Positions 10,701-23,300 of a DNA stretch of 64,000 nt are shown piece after piece. Made by a program: the position numbers and the translations under genes. Origin of the DNA: Sphyrna mokarran. Its lineage: Eukaryota. The DNA lies in contig JAGIQG010000043.1 of NCBI GenBank assembly GCA_024679065.1, positions 1,550,001 to 1,614,000 of the forward strand. The letters run 5' to 3'. Numbering within the stretch: the stretch's first letter is position 1; every line of letters starts with the position of its first letter. The notes beneath the pieces are model-generated. The model searched no databases, was not told the origin of the DNA, and worked only from the letters and a program-made list of their open reading frames with translations.

Positions 10701-13196
10701 GCATGGCATAATGTTTGTGATTAGGGATCAGTAATTTGACAGGCCTGGCAAATTGGTTCCACATTCAGAGTGCGTCAGACTGCATGATAAAATTATCACA
10801 CCAACATTTATTTGAAAACTAATTCGGGTAATTATACAGACCAACAGTGTCCGCATCACGTAGTCGAAAGATCCATTAGAATAGTGTGACCTAATTTTCA
10901 TTTGCAGCCTTGCACATCTCTCACCACTGAATCCGCAAGTAATTCAAGTTGTGAATTGCATTGTTACATGTACTTCCACTGGCCTTCCTGATATGTTCCA
11001 GATATATAAAATCTGGTATAAAATATATTCTGATATATAAAATCAAATAGCGTAAAATAATCTATAAACCCAAATTCAGTGCTGTTCTTGACCCTGACTT
11101 TAATGCAATTGGATTGCCGGTATTAGGAATTGAAAATAAAACAGAAATTCAAGATATTGAAATAAGATTGCAGAAAATTGAAATAATGTCTCAGGAGAAA
11201 TTGAATTTTAGGAAGTAATAACAACACTTCTTTTTGACAGCAAAGCGCATCCAGAGTGGGACTAACCCCAATTGAACTCCAAAACCTAATGCCTGAAAAT
11301 GTGATGTAAGCAGATTCACGAATAACTTACATCAAGGGAACCAGATGAGTTTAAGTGTATTTATTAGTGTCAAAAGAAGGCTTACATTAACTCTGCAATG
11401 TCGTTCCTTTTAAAATGAGGTACTCTGGCGTCCGTTAAGGTATACTGAGTGACTATTTAATATGGTGAATGCAACTAATCAGGGCGATTTTGGGACGGTG
11501 AGGGGAAAAAAGCCTCCAGAGGAAACTCACACAGACACGCGGAGAACATGCAGAGTCTGCACAGACAGTGAATCAAGCCAGGAATTGAACCGGGATCCAT
11601 GTCGCTCTAAGGCAGCAGTGCGCACCTCCATGGTGCTCTGTCATCCGTATTCTGAGTTGACGGGGGAATGCCTCCGGGCTGGGGGGTTGAGTGATTAAAG
11701 TTTGGATATTTATCCTACTTAATTCACAAACTTCGCTTTCTTTCTACCTGGTACATTACCTCAGCTGAGTTGAATTCAAATCATTATCAAGGAGATTAAG
11801 AACGTACCTGTCCCAGTCACCGCTGCTTCGGGGAACGACACAGTCTTTGTCCAGTGTCCCCCTGGAATTCCCAGTTGAACAATGCAAGTACAGACAGTGC
11901 CGCTTCTACAAGTGTCCCCCGACACCATGACATGAGTTCTGATGCTGTAGGTTCCATCCTCATTCATTATCCCGGAATGACGAGATCCCTCAGTGACCAC
12001 GCCGGAAATATTCCAGAAAATAGCAATCTGGTTGGAGAAAACTCCACTGACCAAACACACTAAGGGAATGGTATCGCTTAAATTCTGCTGACCCGGTGGG
12101 GCAAATACCTGCACAGCCGTCTTGTTGGTGGAACTGTCTAAACAAAGATTGGGACACAGTGAACGATTAATTTACACGCAAATGGTAATGCAGTGCGCAA
12201 TCTGAATACACTTATTTTGCTCTCTTACCTCCAACCAATAGTGTGGGCCCACTATGCAGTGGTCCATATCCAGTTTTATATGTACAGTAGTAGGAACCCG
12301 AATCACTCGTCTGGACATTGCGAATTTTGAGAATCAACACATTTCCCGGATTGCCTTTTTCGGAAATAAATTTACAGCCGGGCCCAGTACAGGATGAGGC
12401 ATTTATTAGTACCGGGGATTCGCCCAGACGTTGCTTGCACCAAGCATAGTTAGACACCAGATCCACTTCGTAAGTGGAATGACAGAGTAATTCCACCATC
12501 TGGCCCACTTCAGCTGTTATTGTCAAGGGGTTTTGAGACAGATGGGACTGAGATTCTGTAACTGGAGAGATTGTTATTACATTACAACCGAGTGCTGAAA
12601 TATCAGAAGCCACGGTTTGCAAAAAAAAAACCTCGCCTATAATTAAAGTTTAAAGTTTACTTGTTATTCTCATAAGTAGACTTAAATGAACATTGCAAAG
12701 AAGTTACTGTGAAAATACACCAGTCAACACAATACAGTGCCTGTTCGGGTGCTCCGAAAAAGAATATAACATGGTCATTGCACCCAACCATCATACCTAT
12801 TAGACTGTGGCACGTGGAGAAAATCCACGCAGTCATGGGGAAGAAAGTGCAAACCCCACAAGGCAGTGATCCCAGCCGGGAATCGAACCTGTGTCCCTCG
12901 CTCTGAGAGACAGCCGTGCTGACCATTGTGCCACCAATCTCATTGCCCTTTGTAAATGCTGTTGGTTCTATTTATTCATTACTTTATCTGTTCCTGCTTT
13001 AGGAATGGAACCAATGATGAACTGATATAATGAGGTCAAATTCCTTCACCTAAACACTGGCTCATGTTTTCAAGTTGCAAAATTCAAAAGTTCGTTTAAA
13101 AAAACGATTCCTCTTAAAATTCACACCCGCCTTTCACTCACAGTGAAACCGCAATGCTTGGAATACGAAGATCAGAGATAAAAATTCCTGGACCAT
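4777..13196 (-). CDS. Gene A: non-rearranging IgSF receptor, L-V(J)-C1-TM-cytoplasmic exons; terminal exon not resolved
   Basis: Phase-compatible GT-AG exons. Leader 13196-13142 ([18 protein letters not shown]). V 12561-12229. C1 12137-11808. TM 9298-9197 ([34 protein letters not shown]). Cytoplasmic exons 9095-9065 (phase 1 to 2), 8851-8799 (2 to 1) and 4826-4777 (1 to 0). All except the leader recur in the duplicate copy. Confidence 0.82.
5844..8611 (+). mobile_element. 5'-truncated CR1 LINE (RT 3' part plus tail), interrupted by a nested element
   Basis: [15 protein letters not shown] at 5844-6686, resumes about 8467, (GTTCTAT)n tail. The site is empty in copy 2 (ggccatgctaaattg near 48215). 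Confidence 0.9.
6711..8466 (-). mobile_element. Nested 5'-truncated CR1 LINE, antiparallel to its host
   Basis: Frameshifted RT ORFs 8430-6801, own (GAACATA)n tail at 6711, and a short gttta duplication at the junctions. Confidence 0.9.
9197..9298 (-). CDS. Gene A stalk/transmembrane exon
   Basis: ctctttgtag acceptor, G|GTGAG donor, 102 nt, uncharged hydrophobic segment, membrane-proximal Cys. Confidence 0.85.
9550..10100 (-). mobile_element. CR1 3'-UTR fragment containing a V-SINE-like core
   Basis: Reverse complement of the 15150-15610 and 41300-41757 segments. Similar copies at about 640-1215, 42860-43330 and 49160-49680. Confidence 0.7.
11808..12137 (-). CDS. Gene A C1-set domain exon
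   Basis: 330 nt phase 1-1; VQVFAPP, PLVCLV, IFW, NEDGTYS, CTCIVQ. Confidence 0.92.
12229..12561 (-). CDS. Gene A V-set domain exon with degenerate J-like end
   Basis: 333 nt phase 1-1; LSQNP, VELLC, WCKQ, DSGSYYC, G strand HSGPTLLV. Confidence 0.93.
13142..13196 (-). CDS. Gene A leader exon
   Basis: ATG, hydrophobic core, T|GTGAGT donor in phase 1, in frame with the V exon. Confidence 0.78.
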
Positions 13197-14129
13197 GTTG
13201 GTAGACTTTTCCTTATATTCTGTCGGTCTGTTTGAAATCTGCAAACTGACCTGATCTGACTCCTACTGAGTTGGGGTTTTTCAGTTTGGGTGGAAACTAT
13301 GACGAATTGAGCTGTGGAAAGTACGACACCATTGTGGGCCGTGTTGAGGCGAACACAACATTTGTTTGACATACCTCAGTGTTTGAGCGCTACAGCACCC
13401 AAATATAATCAACTTCTTTTTTCCGATTGTAAGACAGGGTACTATTGGATGGATATACGCTGAATGTTCTGGTTAAACCTATGGAAAAAGTTTAAATCCC
13501 TGTGCATTTAACAATTTGTGGGGCATGTGCATCATTGCACAGCCAACATACAATGCCTATCCAAGAATGTATTTGGAGGGCATTTCAAACTCAAACATGT
13601 TGCTGTCGCTCTAAAGTCACCTGTAGGCCAGACCAGTTAAAGATTTATAAGTGAAGATTTCCTTCCCAGTGGGACATAAGTGAAGCAGACGGGTTATTCC
13701 CTGACAACCAACAATAGTTTCATGGTCATCAGCAGATCCTTAATTCCAGTTTTTTTTCAAATATAGTAAATTGAAGTTCTTCCACCTGCATTGATGGGAT
13801 TCGAACTCGTGTCCCAGAGTATTACCTGAGTTTCTAGGTTAATAGTTATCTATTACACCAATAGGCCACCACATCCCCAGAATCAGAAAACTGTCGCGGA
13901 GAAGGTGCTGCTGATCAAATTTTTGAGACATCAATTCTGCTACCCTTGGCCTCGCCTTCTTGAGGAAAATATGCCCCAGTATGTTTTCCATTCCTGTTAT
14001 TTCTGACATCTCAGACCTTTAATCATTCTCAGAAATCTTGTTCGTGCCGATTCCAGTGTCCCAATTTCCTCTATGTGATCTGGACCCGTGTAAAATTCTT
14101 CTAGCTGTTTTTTCTAGATGTTTTTTCTA

Positions 14130-15612
14130 GATGGAACTCGGTCACTAGTGGTGTGCCGCAGGATTCGGTACTGGGACCTGTTCTATTTGTAATATTTATA
14201 AATGACTTGGAAGAGGGAGGAGGTGGAGTGATCAGCAAGTTTGCAGATGATACAAAGAAGGCTTGGCTTGCGGATAGTGAGGAGCATTGTCAGGCGATGC
14301 AGCAGGGCATAGATAGGATGGTAGCTTGGGCAGATTGATGGCAGATGGAATTCAATTCTGATAAATGCGAGGTGATGCATTTCGGGAGAAAAAATGTAGG
14401 GAGGAGGTATAAGGTAAAGGGTAGACCTATTAAGCGTATAGAACCGCAGAGGATCGTGGAGGTGCAGATGCACAAGTCTCTGAAGGTGGCAGAGCAGATG
14501 GAGCAGGTTGTGAAAAAGCATATGGAATGCTAGCCTTTATAGAAAGGGGTATAGAATACAAGAGCTGGTCTTTAATGTTGCAGTTGTATAAAACGTTGGT
14601 TAGACCTTTGGAATACTGTGTCCAGTTCTGGTCGCCTTACTACCGGAAGGACATGGATTCTCTGGAGAGAGTGAAGGGAAGGTTTAATAGGATGCTACCT
14701 GGTATGGAAGGTCTGAGTTACGAGGAGAGGTTAGGCAAATTGGGGCTCTTTTCCTTAGAAAGATGTAGACTTAGAGGAGATCTAATAGAGGTGTATAAGA
14801 TTATGAGGGGTATAGACATAGTAAACAGGTTTAAACTTTTTTCCGAGGATGGACTCAAATAACACGAGGGTCACGGGCTTAGGGTGAGGGGGAGGGGGGA
14901 AGGGGGGTAAGGTATAATTTGGATGCTAGAGAGAATTTTTCACACAGAGCGTTGTGGGGTTATGGAATGCGCTGCCAAGTAAAGTGGTGAAGGCAGGCAC
15001 CCTGGAGTTATTTAAGAGATATTTAGATGGGCACATGAATAAAATGGGAATGAAAAAGTATAGAAAACTGATTTAAAATAGGGATCATGAGCATTGGGAG
15101 TCCGTGGGAAGTGTGTAAATAGATGATGATATTGATGTAGTTCTTTTTATCTTACAAGTGCTTTGGTCCACGTTGTTGTCTAACAAGGGGCATACACGCG
15201 ATGGGTCGTGAGAGGGCTGCTCTTGGATTTTTCGAGAGTATCCTAGTGCTTCACATCGTTAGTATACGCTTGACCTGGACCATTTAATGGGCAACACGAC
15301 AGCACAGTGACTATTGCTGTGCTGTGCAGATACATGAATTTGGGCCTGTGCCTGTGGGAGTTTGCACATTCTTCCCGTGCTTGCGTGGGTTTTCTCAGAG
15401 TGCTCCGGTTTCCTCCTGCATCCCAAAGATGTGCTCTTAGGCTGATTGGCAGAAAAAAAATCTCCCTAAATTGTGTCAAATTTAGTTCCAATGCATAGAT
15501 CTGTAAAAATGGACAGGGATCACAGGTAGAAGTGGGAACATCGAAGTGGCGGCGCGGGCTCGTTGGGCCGAAGGGCCTGTTTCCCGTGCTGTTTTGTTCT
15601 TCTTTGTTCTTT
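14130..15612 (+). mobile_element. Truncated CR1 LINE with long SINE-containing 3' UTR
   Basis: Degenerate RT fragments ([12 protein letters not shown]), then a 3' UTR and a tgttcttt tail. Confidence 0.85.
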
Positions 15613-17959
15613 GTAAATGTGCACAGTTAGTCCAAATTTGAATGAAGGTCTTTAGTACGAAATAACTGTCTGAATAAATTTCCAACTATACTCCCCTCTA
15701 ATTGCTTTCGTATTTTCCCAGTGAATTACCCAAGCAAGTGTATCAAAAAGGATTGTGCGTCAAAATAATTCACAGTGGAAATACCAACAGGTTGGCACGG
15801 TGGCACAATGCAGTTGTGGCCTGAGTCCAATTCCTGTGAGCAAACTCCACACAGGTAGTCACAAAACCCAGGAATCGACATCATGTCTCTGGTGCTGTGT
15901 GAGACAGCAGCGATAATGACTGTGCCGCCATAAAGGGTCACCGTGCAGAGCAAGCATGTCCCCCGGCCCCCGACTCCCGTGTCTGATTTCCTCTGAGTGC
16001 TCTTGTTTCCTCAGACAGTCTAAATGACATGCTGATTATGTGCATTGGTCATGTTTAATTCTCCTGTGTATCCGAACACGCTCTGGAGTGTGACGACTTG
16101 GGATTTTCGCAATAACTTCACTGCAGTGTTAATGTAACCCTATTTGTGACACAAATATTGAAAAAAAAATGAAATGCTTGCTTATTATCTCCTCGATTTG
16201 TAAACTTGCATGAGCTTTACCTGACAAAGTTTTGTAAAATCACAGAGGCATTGATAAGGTGAATAGACAGGGCCTTTTACCCAGGGTAGAGGGGACCAAA
16301 ATTAGAGGGAAAACTTGAAGGTGAGAGAGTGACGATTTAAAAGAGTCCTGAAGGATCTGCGGACATGGAATAACCGGTAAGATGAGGTTGGAGACACGGG
16401 CAAATTATTACATCGATTGCGACGGGTACATGGGCCGGAAATGTTTAGAGGGATTGGGGCCAAACGCAGGCAAACGTGATTAGCTCGACAAGGAGAGATT
16501 GGGCCGAAGGTTCTATTTCTGTGCTGTATGTCTCTATTTAATTGTGTTCTAGCTTGTTCGATGTTTACGCCAATTCGCCCCAGGTTGTCGACACACCGCA
16601 AACTGCTAATTAACACAAAGACCCAATGTTTGATCGCTGTTTTGTAACTGAAGCGCTTCGACTCTGCACGTAGGAAAGCCACTTAAAGGTTTCGGCTCGA
16701 ACATTATTCTCCACCTCAAGCATGAGGTGTTAACTTGTTCAGACCATTTTCGCCCATCAGTGCGTTTTGCACTACCCCGAATAGGCTGCAGGGAAGGGTG
16801 TTTTGAGACTCACATCAATCAGCTGCGTTCACAGAACCTCTTTGCTGCCCATGCCGGGAGCTCTGCTGCTGTCCCTGCTCACTCACTTCTTCACCAATTA
16901 AGATCAAGAATTTTTGACACATTCTTCAGACACTCAGTAAGCCTCAACACTCTGGGTTAATTTCAGAACCCACATTATTAATAATCCCTTCCATCAGGCT
17001 CTTCGCATTCAGATTAATGTACCTCATTAATGTTAGGGGGGTTAATCCCATTTCCAGCAGCTCATTGGGAACGCACTATGTAACATCTACACACATGGTA
17101 GCATTTCAATAATAATGCTATTTCCTGGAAATGTGTGGAAGGAGCAGAGACGATAAGAAGACACCGAAATTGGCCTCCTGGTCACACCCTATACTGACAA
17201 TATTTTTATAGTTAGTACTGCTGCAGGGAGCTTCGATCGATTCCTGAATTGGGACACTGTTTGTGCACATTCTCCCCGTGTTTGCGTGGGTTTCCTTCCA
17301 CAGTCCGAAAGATGTGTTTGTTTGGCCTTGCTAAATTGACCCTAAGTGCACCCCAACAGGTGATAGAGTTTGGCAACGAGGGGAATTCTAGACAGGTCGT
17401 TTAACTTAATGTATAACGTCACGTCAACAATGCAATGAAATCACTGTGAAAATTCCCTGGTCGCCACACTCCGGCGCCTGGCGGGGATTCTGAGGGAAAA
17501 TGCACCCAACCAACATGACTGTGGGAGAAAATCGCATCACCTGGAGGAAGCTCATGCAGGCACATGGAGCACATGCAGAATCTGCATAGTCACCCAATGC
17601 CAGAATTAAACTCGGGTCTCTGGCGCTGTGAAGCAGCAGAGCAAAACATCACGCCACCGTGCCCCCATGATTTATAGCCATCGCTTTAAAATATCAATTA
17701 TCGTTTCTTGTTTCATATAATCGTGTGGACAGACCTGGCAGTGACAAGCAACGTTTTTTAAAGCTTACTGACAGTCTCAATTATTTCAAGGACTATCCTA
17801 AAACGAGTTTGTTCCCCAAAACATTCACATAGGGCTGATCTTTCAACAATTTCCACACGCACTTCTAATTTCCTCTGAGCGTGGTGAACATTCCAGCCTC
17901 AGGAATTATTAAAGTGCAGTGGCCAAAAGCTAAGTATCATTGAATTGAGGAAGTGTAGA

Positions 17960-18790
17960 GGAGATCATGCCCCTGTCTGAGGAAATGGAAATGGTCGTGA
18001 GCTTCAGGTTCGTCAATGTCCAGATCACCCACAGCCTGTTCTGAACGTTCCACTGCGATGGGTAGTTAAGGAAATCCTTAACCTTCACCTTCTTAAAGGA
18101 GAAGGTAAAGCAACTCCTTTACCTTCTCAGGACGCTAATGAAATTCCGCACTTCCGCTACTGGCTCTCACCAATTTTCACAGATGCCTCATGGAAGGCAT
18201 CCTTTCCGGATGTCCCACAACTTGGTATGGTTGCTGCTCCGTCCAAGATTGGAAGAAACGAGAAAGTATGGTGAACGTAGCCCAGACCATATGCAAATCA
18301 GCCTCCCATTCATTGCCACGGCTACACTTCCTGCTACTTGGAATAGCAGCCAGTATAATCAGAAATACCATGCACCCCGGACATGCTCTCTTTCATTTTC
18401 ATCAATCGCAAAATAAATGACAAAATCTGAGATCACCTATCAACCAAATCAAGATCAGCGTCTTCCCTGCTGCCATCAGACTTGGGACTGGATCAATCTT
18501 CTATCAAGCTGATCTTCCCCTGGAGGTGATTAAAAAGTACCACTATTTTCCTTGTCCCTTGTTTATTCTGTGAACGTATGGATTGCCTGTACGACACCCA
18601 AGAAACAATACTTTTTCTCTGTCTCCCAAAATACATGACAATTAGAAATCAAAACATATCAAATCTATGTAGTCTATGAACAGTATGTTTCTTTCTGCTT
18701 CGCGCACAGGAAAGAAAAAAATACTTTGCACTGTATCCCAGTATATGAGATAATAATAATTCAATTCAGATCAAGTCAAATTCTATCCAT
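17960..18790 (+). mobile_element. Degenerate Rex1/Babar-like LINE 3' fragment
   Basis: EGILSGCPTTWYGCCSVQDWKK..VNVAQTI resembles the Rex1-type ORF C-terminus; (tcaaa)-like tail. Confidence 0.65.
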
Positions 18791-19244
18791 AGTTGAAGTA
18801 AGTTTTTGGATGAATGAAATGAGTACATGAGGATTAATGTATCAATCTTAAACGTAAAAGACGTGTCTTCACATTCCATTTGCAATATCTGCGAGAGTTC
18901 AGAAGAATAAGGGCAATCTCATGTGGGTTTATAAAATGCTAAAACGACTGGACTGGGACGATGCAGCGAGGATGTTCAAAGGGCAGTCAGTAGTGTTGCC
19001 AAGACAACAAGCTGATTTTGAATTTGGCTCGATAACTTTAACTGAGGCATATAGAATATAGGAGCAGGAGGAGGCTATTTGTGCCTTCAAACCTGTCCTG
19101 CCATGCCTGATCGTCCAATTCAATAGCCTAAAAATACTGTTTTCCTCATAACATTTCATCCCATTTGCCTCTGTTGTTATACCTCGTCAAGTCTTGAATA
19201 CATTCAATATTTTGTTGTCAACTACTTCCTGTGGCTGAGTTTAG

Positions 19245-19660
19245 AATACTGAGGGCTGATCTTATGGAGACATATAAGATCATGAAGGGGCTAGGTAGAG
19301 TAGCGGTCGGAGATTATTTCACTTAGAAAGGAAATCAGGACTAGAGGGCACAGCCTCAAATTAAGACACGGGGGGCGGGGGTGGAATCAGTTTAGGACAG
19401 AGTTGAGGAGCAACTTCTTCTCTTAGAGGGAGTGAATTTTTGGAATTCTCTGCCCGTTCAAGTGGTGGAGTCTACCTCGTTGAATATGCTTAAATCACGG
19501 GTAGATAGATTTCTGATCGATAAGGGAATTAAGGGTTATGGGGAGCAGGCGAGTATGTGGAACTGATCCACTTCAGATCACCCATGATGTTAGTGAATGG
19601 CGGGGCAGACTCGAGGGGATAGATGACCTACTCTTGCTCCTTTTTCTTATATTCTTATGT
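19245..19660 (+). mobile_element. Old CR1 3' fragment
   Basis: LRADLMETYKIMKGL-type sequence plus CR1 tail. Confidence 0.7.
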
Positions 19661-20280
19661 AATGAACCCCACAGGCTCAACATTTTGGGTGAATAAATGC
19701 TCCTCATTTCCGTCCTTTTGGTTTATCCGGAATCCTCAGACTGTGATCCCTGGCTCTGGACCGCCCCCCCCCCCACCCCCACTCCCTCCGGCACACACTT
19801 CGCCAACATTGGGAACAGCCTCCCTGCATCGACCCTGTCTAGTCGAGTTAGAATTTTATAAGTCATTATGAGATTGTTTCTTATTGTTCTGAACTCCAGA
19901 CTTCAATTCCACTTTCAAAGCGCACACATTTACTTCAAATGTGTTTTTGTTAATTAGCTGAAAAAACACTCAAGACGCATTTGGTCTGAACCCTTAAAGA
20001 AACTGGAATCACACAGCTTAACTGATATTCAAGTCTTGTTTTAATGTATTTCTTTAGGCTTTGCTTACACACTGTATAAAATGCAGTGTGGAACTGTAAA
20101 CGCTGATGTCGGAAATTAGAAACTAGAAATTAGAAAGACTCAAGTTGAACTGCAAGCAATACTTAAATGTAGAATTGTGGGTATGAGGGGAGAATTCAAT
20201 TTCCAGCTGGGCACCATTGCACAAATTGAGAAGGAAATCTGCCTGCAGTTGGAAATTCAAGGCTGCGCGTGTAATAACAG

Positions 20281-20388
20281 CTAAAGTTCTGACACACCAG
20301 ATATCGAGGAATCACGCAGCAAGCTTCCATCTTTCTCCTCCAGTTTGAGTGTTGGATCCGCGTTGAAGGCCAGACGAGCATAAAGTGT
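20281..20388 (-). CDS. Gene B cytoplasmic exon with TLYARL tyrosine motif
   Basis: tttttcatccacag acceptor, phase 0 matching the preceding exon 23019-22961 (..QNEK|), T-x-Y-x-x-L motif. Confidence 0.72.
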   Translation of the reverse strand, partial: TLYARLAFNADPTLKLEEKDGSLLRDSSISGVSEL

Positions 20389-23300
20389 CTGTGGATGAAA
20401 AATAATATGTTAGTGTGTTAAACTTCACACTGTGTAGCACAGTGATGAGGCAGTGGATCGCTTTACAGTTCCAGGAACCAGGTTTAATTTTGGCCTTTGG
20501 TGACGGTGAACAGTTTGCACGTTCTCCTCGTGTCTGTGTGGGTTTCATCCAGATGCTCAGATTTCCTTCTTCAGTACAAAGATGTGCGGGTTAAGTTAAT
20601 TGCTCATGCTAAATTGACCCGTAGTGTCAACGAGATTTGCAGGGTAATGACATGGTAAAGAGATGGTGGATTTGATATGGGTACAAGCTCAATGGGACAA
20701 AAGGCTTTTTTCTGCATTCCCTGGATTCTATGATTCTATGAATGTAATCTGCACAGCCATTATACGGATAAGTGAGGCGTTGAACGAACATAACCTCATA
20801 ACCACGACGGTGCAGCAGAGGCCATTCAGCCCGTCGAGTCATCAATGACTCTGGCTGAGAATCTTATCCATTCCCTCTTCCCCACCTTATGCTCATTTCC
20901 TCACGCGTTTACCATGGCTAATCTATCTAACGTACATATCTATAGCAACTAAGGGGCAATTTACCATGGCCTTTCCATCTACTTCACACGTCTTTAAACA
21001 CTAAGGGGCATGATAGTACGGCTACTCGATCTAGCCTATATACTTTGAAGGCCAAGGGGTACATTGCGTGTTCAATCAATCTAAGCTACAGATGTTTTCA
21101 CGCTAAGGGACAAAGAACATGGATATCCCATCTAATGTACTTATTTTTGGACAATAAGGGGCAATTTAGTGTGTCTAATTCATCTTAATTACACATCTTT
21201 GAACCTCAGGGAAAATTTGCCATGGCCAATCCAACTAAATTGCACATCTTTAGATATCAAGGGTCGACTTAGCACGACTAATGCACCTAATTTGCATATC
21301 TATGTACATTAAGTGAAATTTGGCATGGCCAATCCACTTTACCTCTACATTCGGCCCATTGAGTCTGCACCAACTCATCGTAAGAGACTGTAACCCTTTG
21401 ATCCAATGTATTTACCCAATCTATCAAGCTGGGCACACTGAAGTTAATTTAGTACGGTCAATTGTGGGAGGAAATCAGAACACCCACAGACAAAGGAAGA
21501 ATATGTGAATTCAACACAGACAGTAAGTCAAGAACAGATCTCTGGAACTGTGAGACAGCAGCACTAACAGCTGTGCCACCGTGCCGCCCAATACTGATCA
21601 TGGCTGATAGGTGGTTTATCTCGCATGCAGCCAACTACCACCCCACAAGCCATTCTTAATCAATTCCCGAACAATAATCTACCCTTCTCAGTTTTGTAGT
21701 TTCCAATGGACCACTTGTTCCATCCAGACTTTTAAGTAGGGATTATTGCAGAATTCCACCTCTCCTTGTGTGAAGAAGTGGTTCTTGACCTCACCTCTGG
21801 ATACTTTGGTTGTCATTTTTCTTTTCTGCCTCATTGTGTGGACTTCCCTGTGTTATTAATTCATGTAATCATCTAAAGCACCTCAATGAAATTACTCCTA
21901 AATCTTCAATCCAGGGGATTTCCCAGCCTAGTCTGTGCTATGTTACAATTAATATTACATACATTTCATGTACAAAAAATATGTTTTTAAGATAATTGTG
22001 AAAATAGATCAAAAGAGAAGAAAATTGGCAGATGTAATTTAACCCTAAGAATTGTGAGATGATACAGTTCAGAAGGAGTAATTTCACGACGAGATGCTCA
22101 ATGAATGGCATGATTCTAAGAATTTATGAGGAAAAAATGTCTGCCTGTGCACAGTCATCTGAGAGCGGAGTGGCATGTTAGCGGGTTTGAGAAAGAAGCA
22201 TATGAGTCACTTGGCTTCATCAATCGAGACATAGATCACGAAACAATAGAAGTCATTTTGGATTTGTATAGAACTTTTCTCAGGCCTCAGGTAGAATACA
22301 ATACGTTATTCTTGTCGTCACAATTTAGGAGGAATGAAATTGCACTGGAAAGGGTGCAGAGGTGATTCTCCAGAATGCTGCCTAGGATGGAACATTTACA
22401 TTTTGAGAGAGGTTGAGACGATCGGTGTTATTATCTTGAAGCAGAGAAGGCTGAGGGACGACCACATCGAGGTGTAGAAGATTCTGATGGATGTGGATGG
22501 AGAGAATGAGGAACCGCTGTTCCCCATAGCTGAAGGGTCAATCACGAGGGGGCATAGGTTCAAAATGAGGGACAGAAGGTTTAGGGGAAGTGAGGAAAAT
22601 CTTCCTTTTACTCAGAGATGGTGACGGTCTGGAATGCGTTGCCTGGGAGGATGGTAGAGGCAGTTTGCTTCGCATCATATAAAAACGACTGGATGGGAAC
22701 TGCATGCATCTAACGTTCAGGCCAAGTACTGGCAAATGGAATTCGGTGGGATTTTAAATGTCTCTAATGCGTCACTGCAGACTTGATGTGCTGAAGGGCC
22801 TCTTCTGCTCTTGGTGATTCTATGATTTTGTAAAATGCAACAGATGTTTCTAGACTTGCTGACACTTCCTACTATTTCCTCTTTGTATCGTGTATTCTGA
22901 ACTTTGGATTAAAGATTCCTGAAAAAAAAACAGATTGTAATAGTAATTCCATTCATTCACCTTTTCATTCTGCTTCTGTTCTCGGGAACCTATCAGTTGC
23001 TCGCCACTACGTGCGGCCCCTGTTAGAAAGAAGAGTTTAAATTGAGTCTAGATGGCCACATTTTACACGAAAACCGCTGAAGGTGTCAATAGTGATGTTC
23101 AAATGGACGGATTATGAGAGCTAAACGTTAAAGTGTCTCCCAACTATCTCTACCTCTCTGCTGGTTCCCGCAGCCTCTTCTCCTGACCACAAGAACTAGT
23201 CCCAGAAGGAAAAGTGTCACGACAGTCAAAGTCCCGGACATCAGGAAAATGCATTTGGTCAGGAGTGGAGAATCTGCAAAATGAAACATAATTTTCAGTT

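Larger units (their letters stand above)
1..13600 (+). repeat. Segmental (tandem) duplication, copy 1
   Basis: Colinear unique-sequence match to about 42140-64000, apart from copy-specific TE insertions and one deletion. Confidence 0.95.

Noticed and set aside
12155-12182. CACAGTG + 12 nt + ACACGCAAA in the gene A V-C intron as an RSS
   Set aside because: The nonamer matches ACAAAAACC at only 4 of 9 positions, and the heptamer does not abut a coding segment.
13375-13478. AG/GT-bounded segment as the coding leader of gene A
   Set aside because: There is no ATG in copy 1 and the phase is wrong for the V exon. It may be a 5' UTR exon, but this is unsupported.
22851-22919. Exon-like segment after the gene B cytoplasmic exon 23019-22961
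   Set aside because: It would require an intron of about 41 nt, too short for typical vertebrate splicing. The 20388 exon fits the phase and carries the tyrosine motif.
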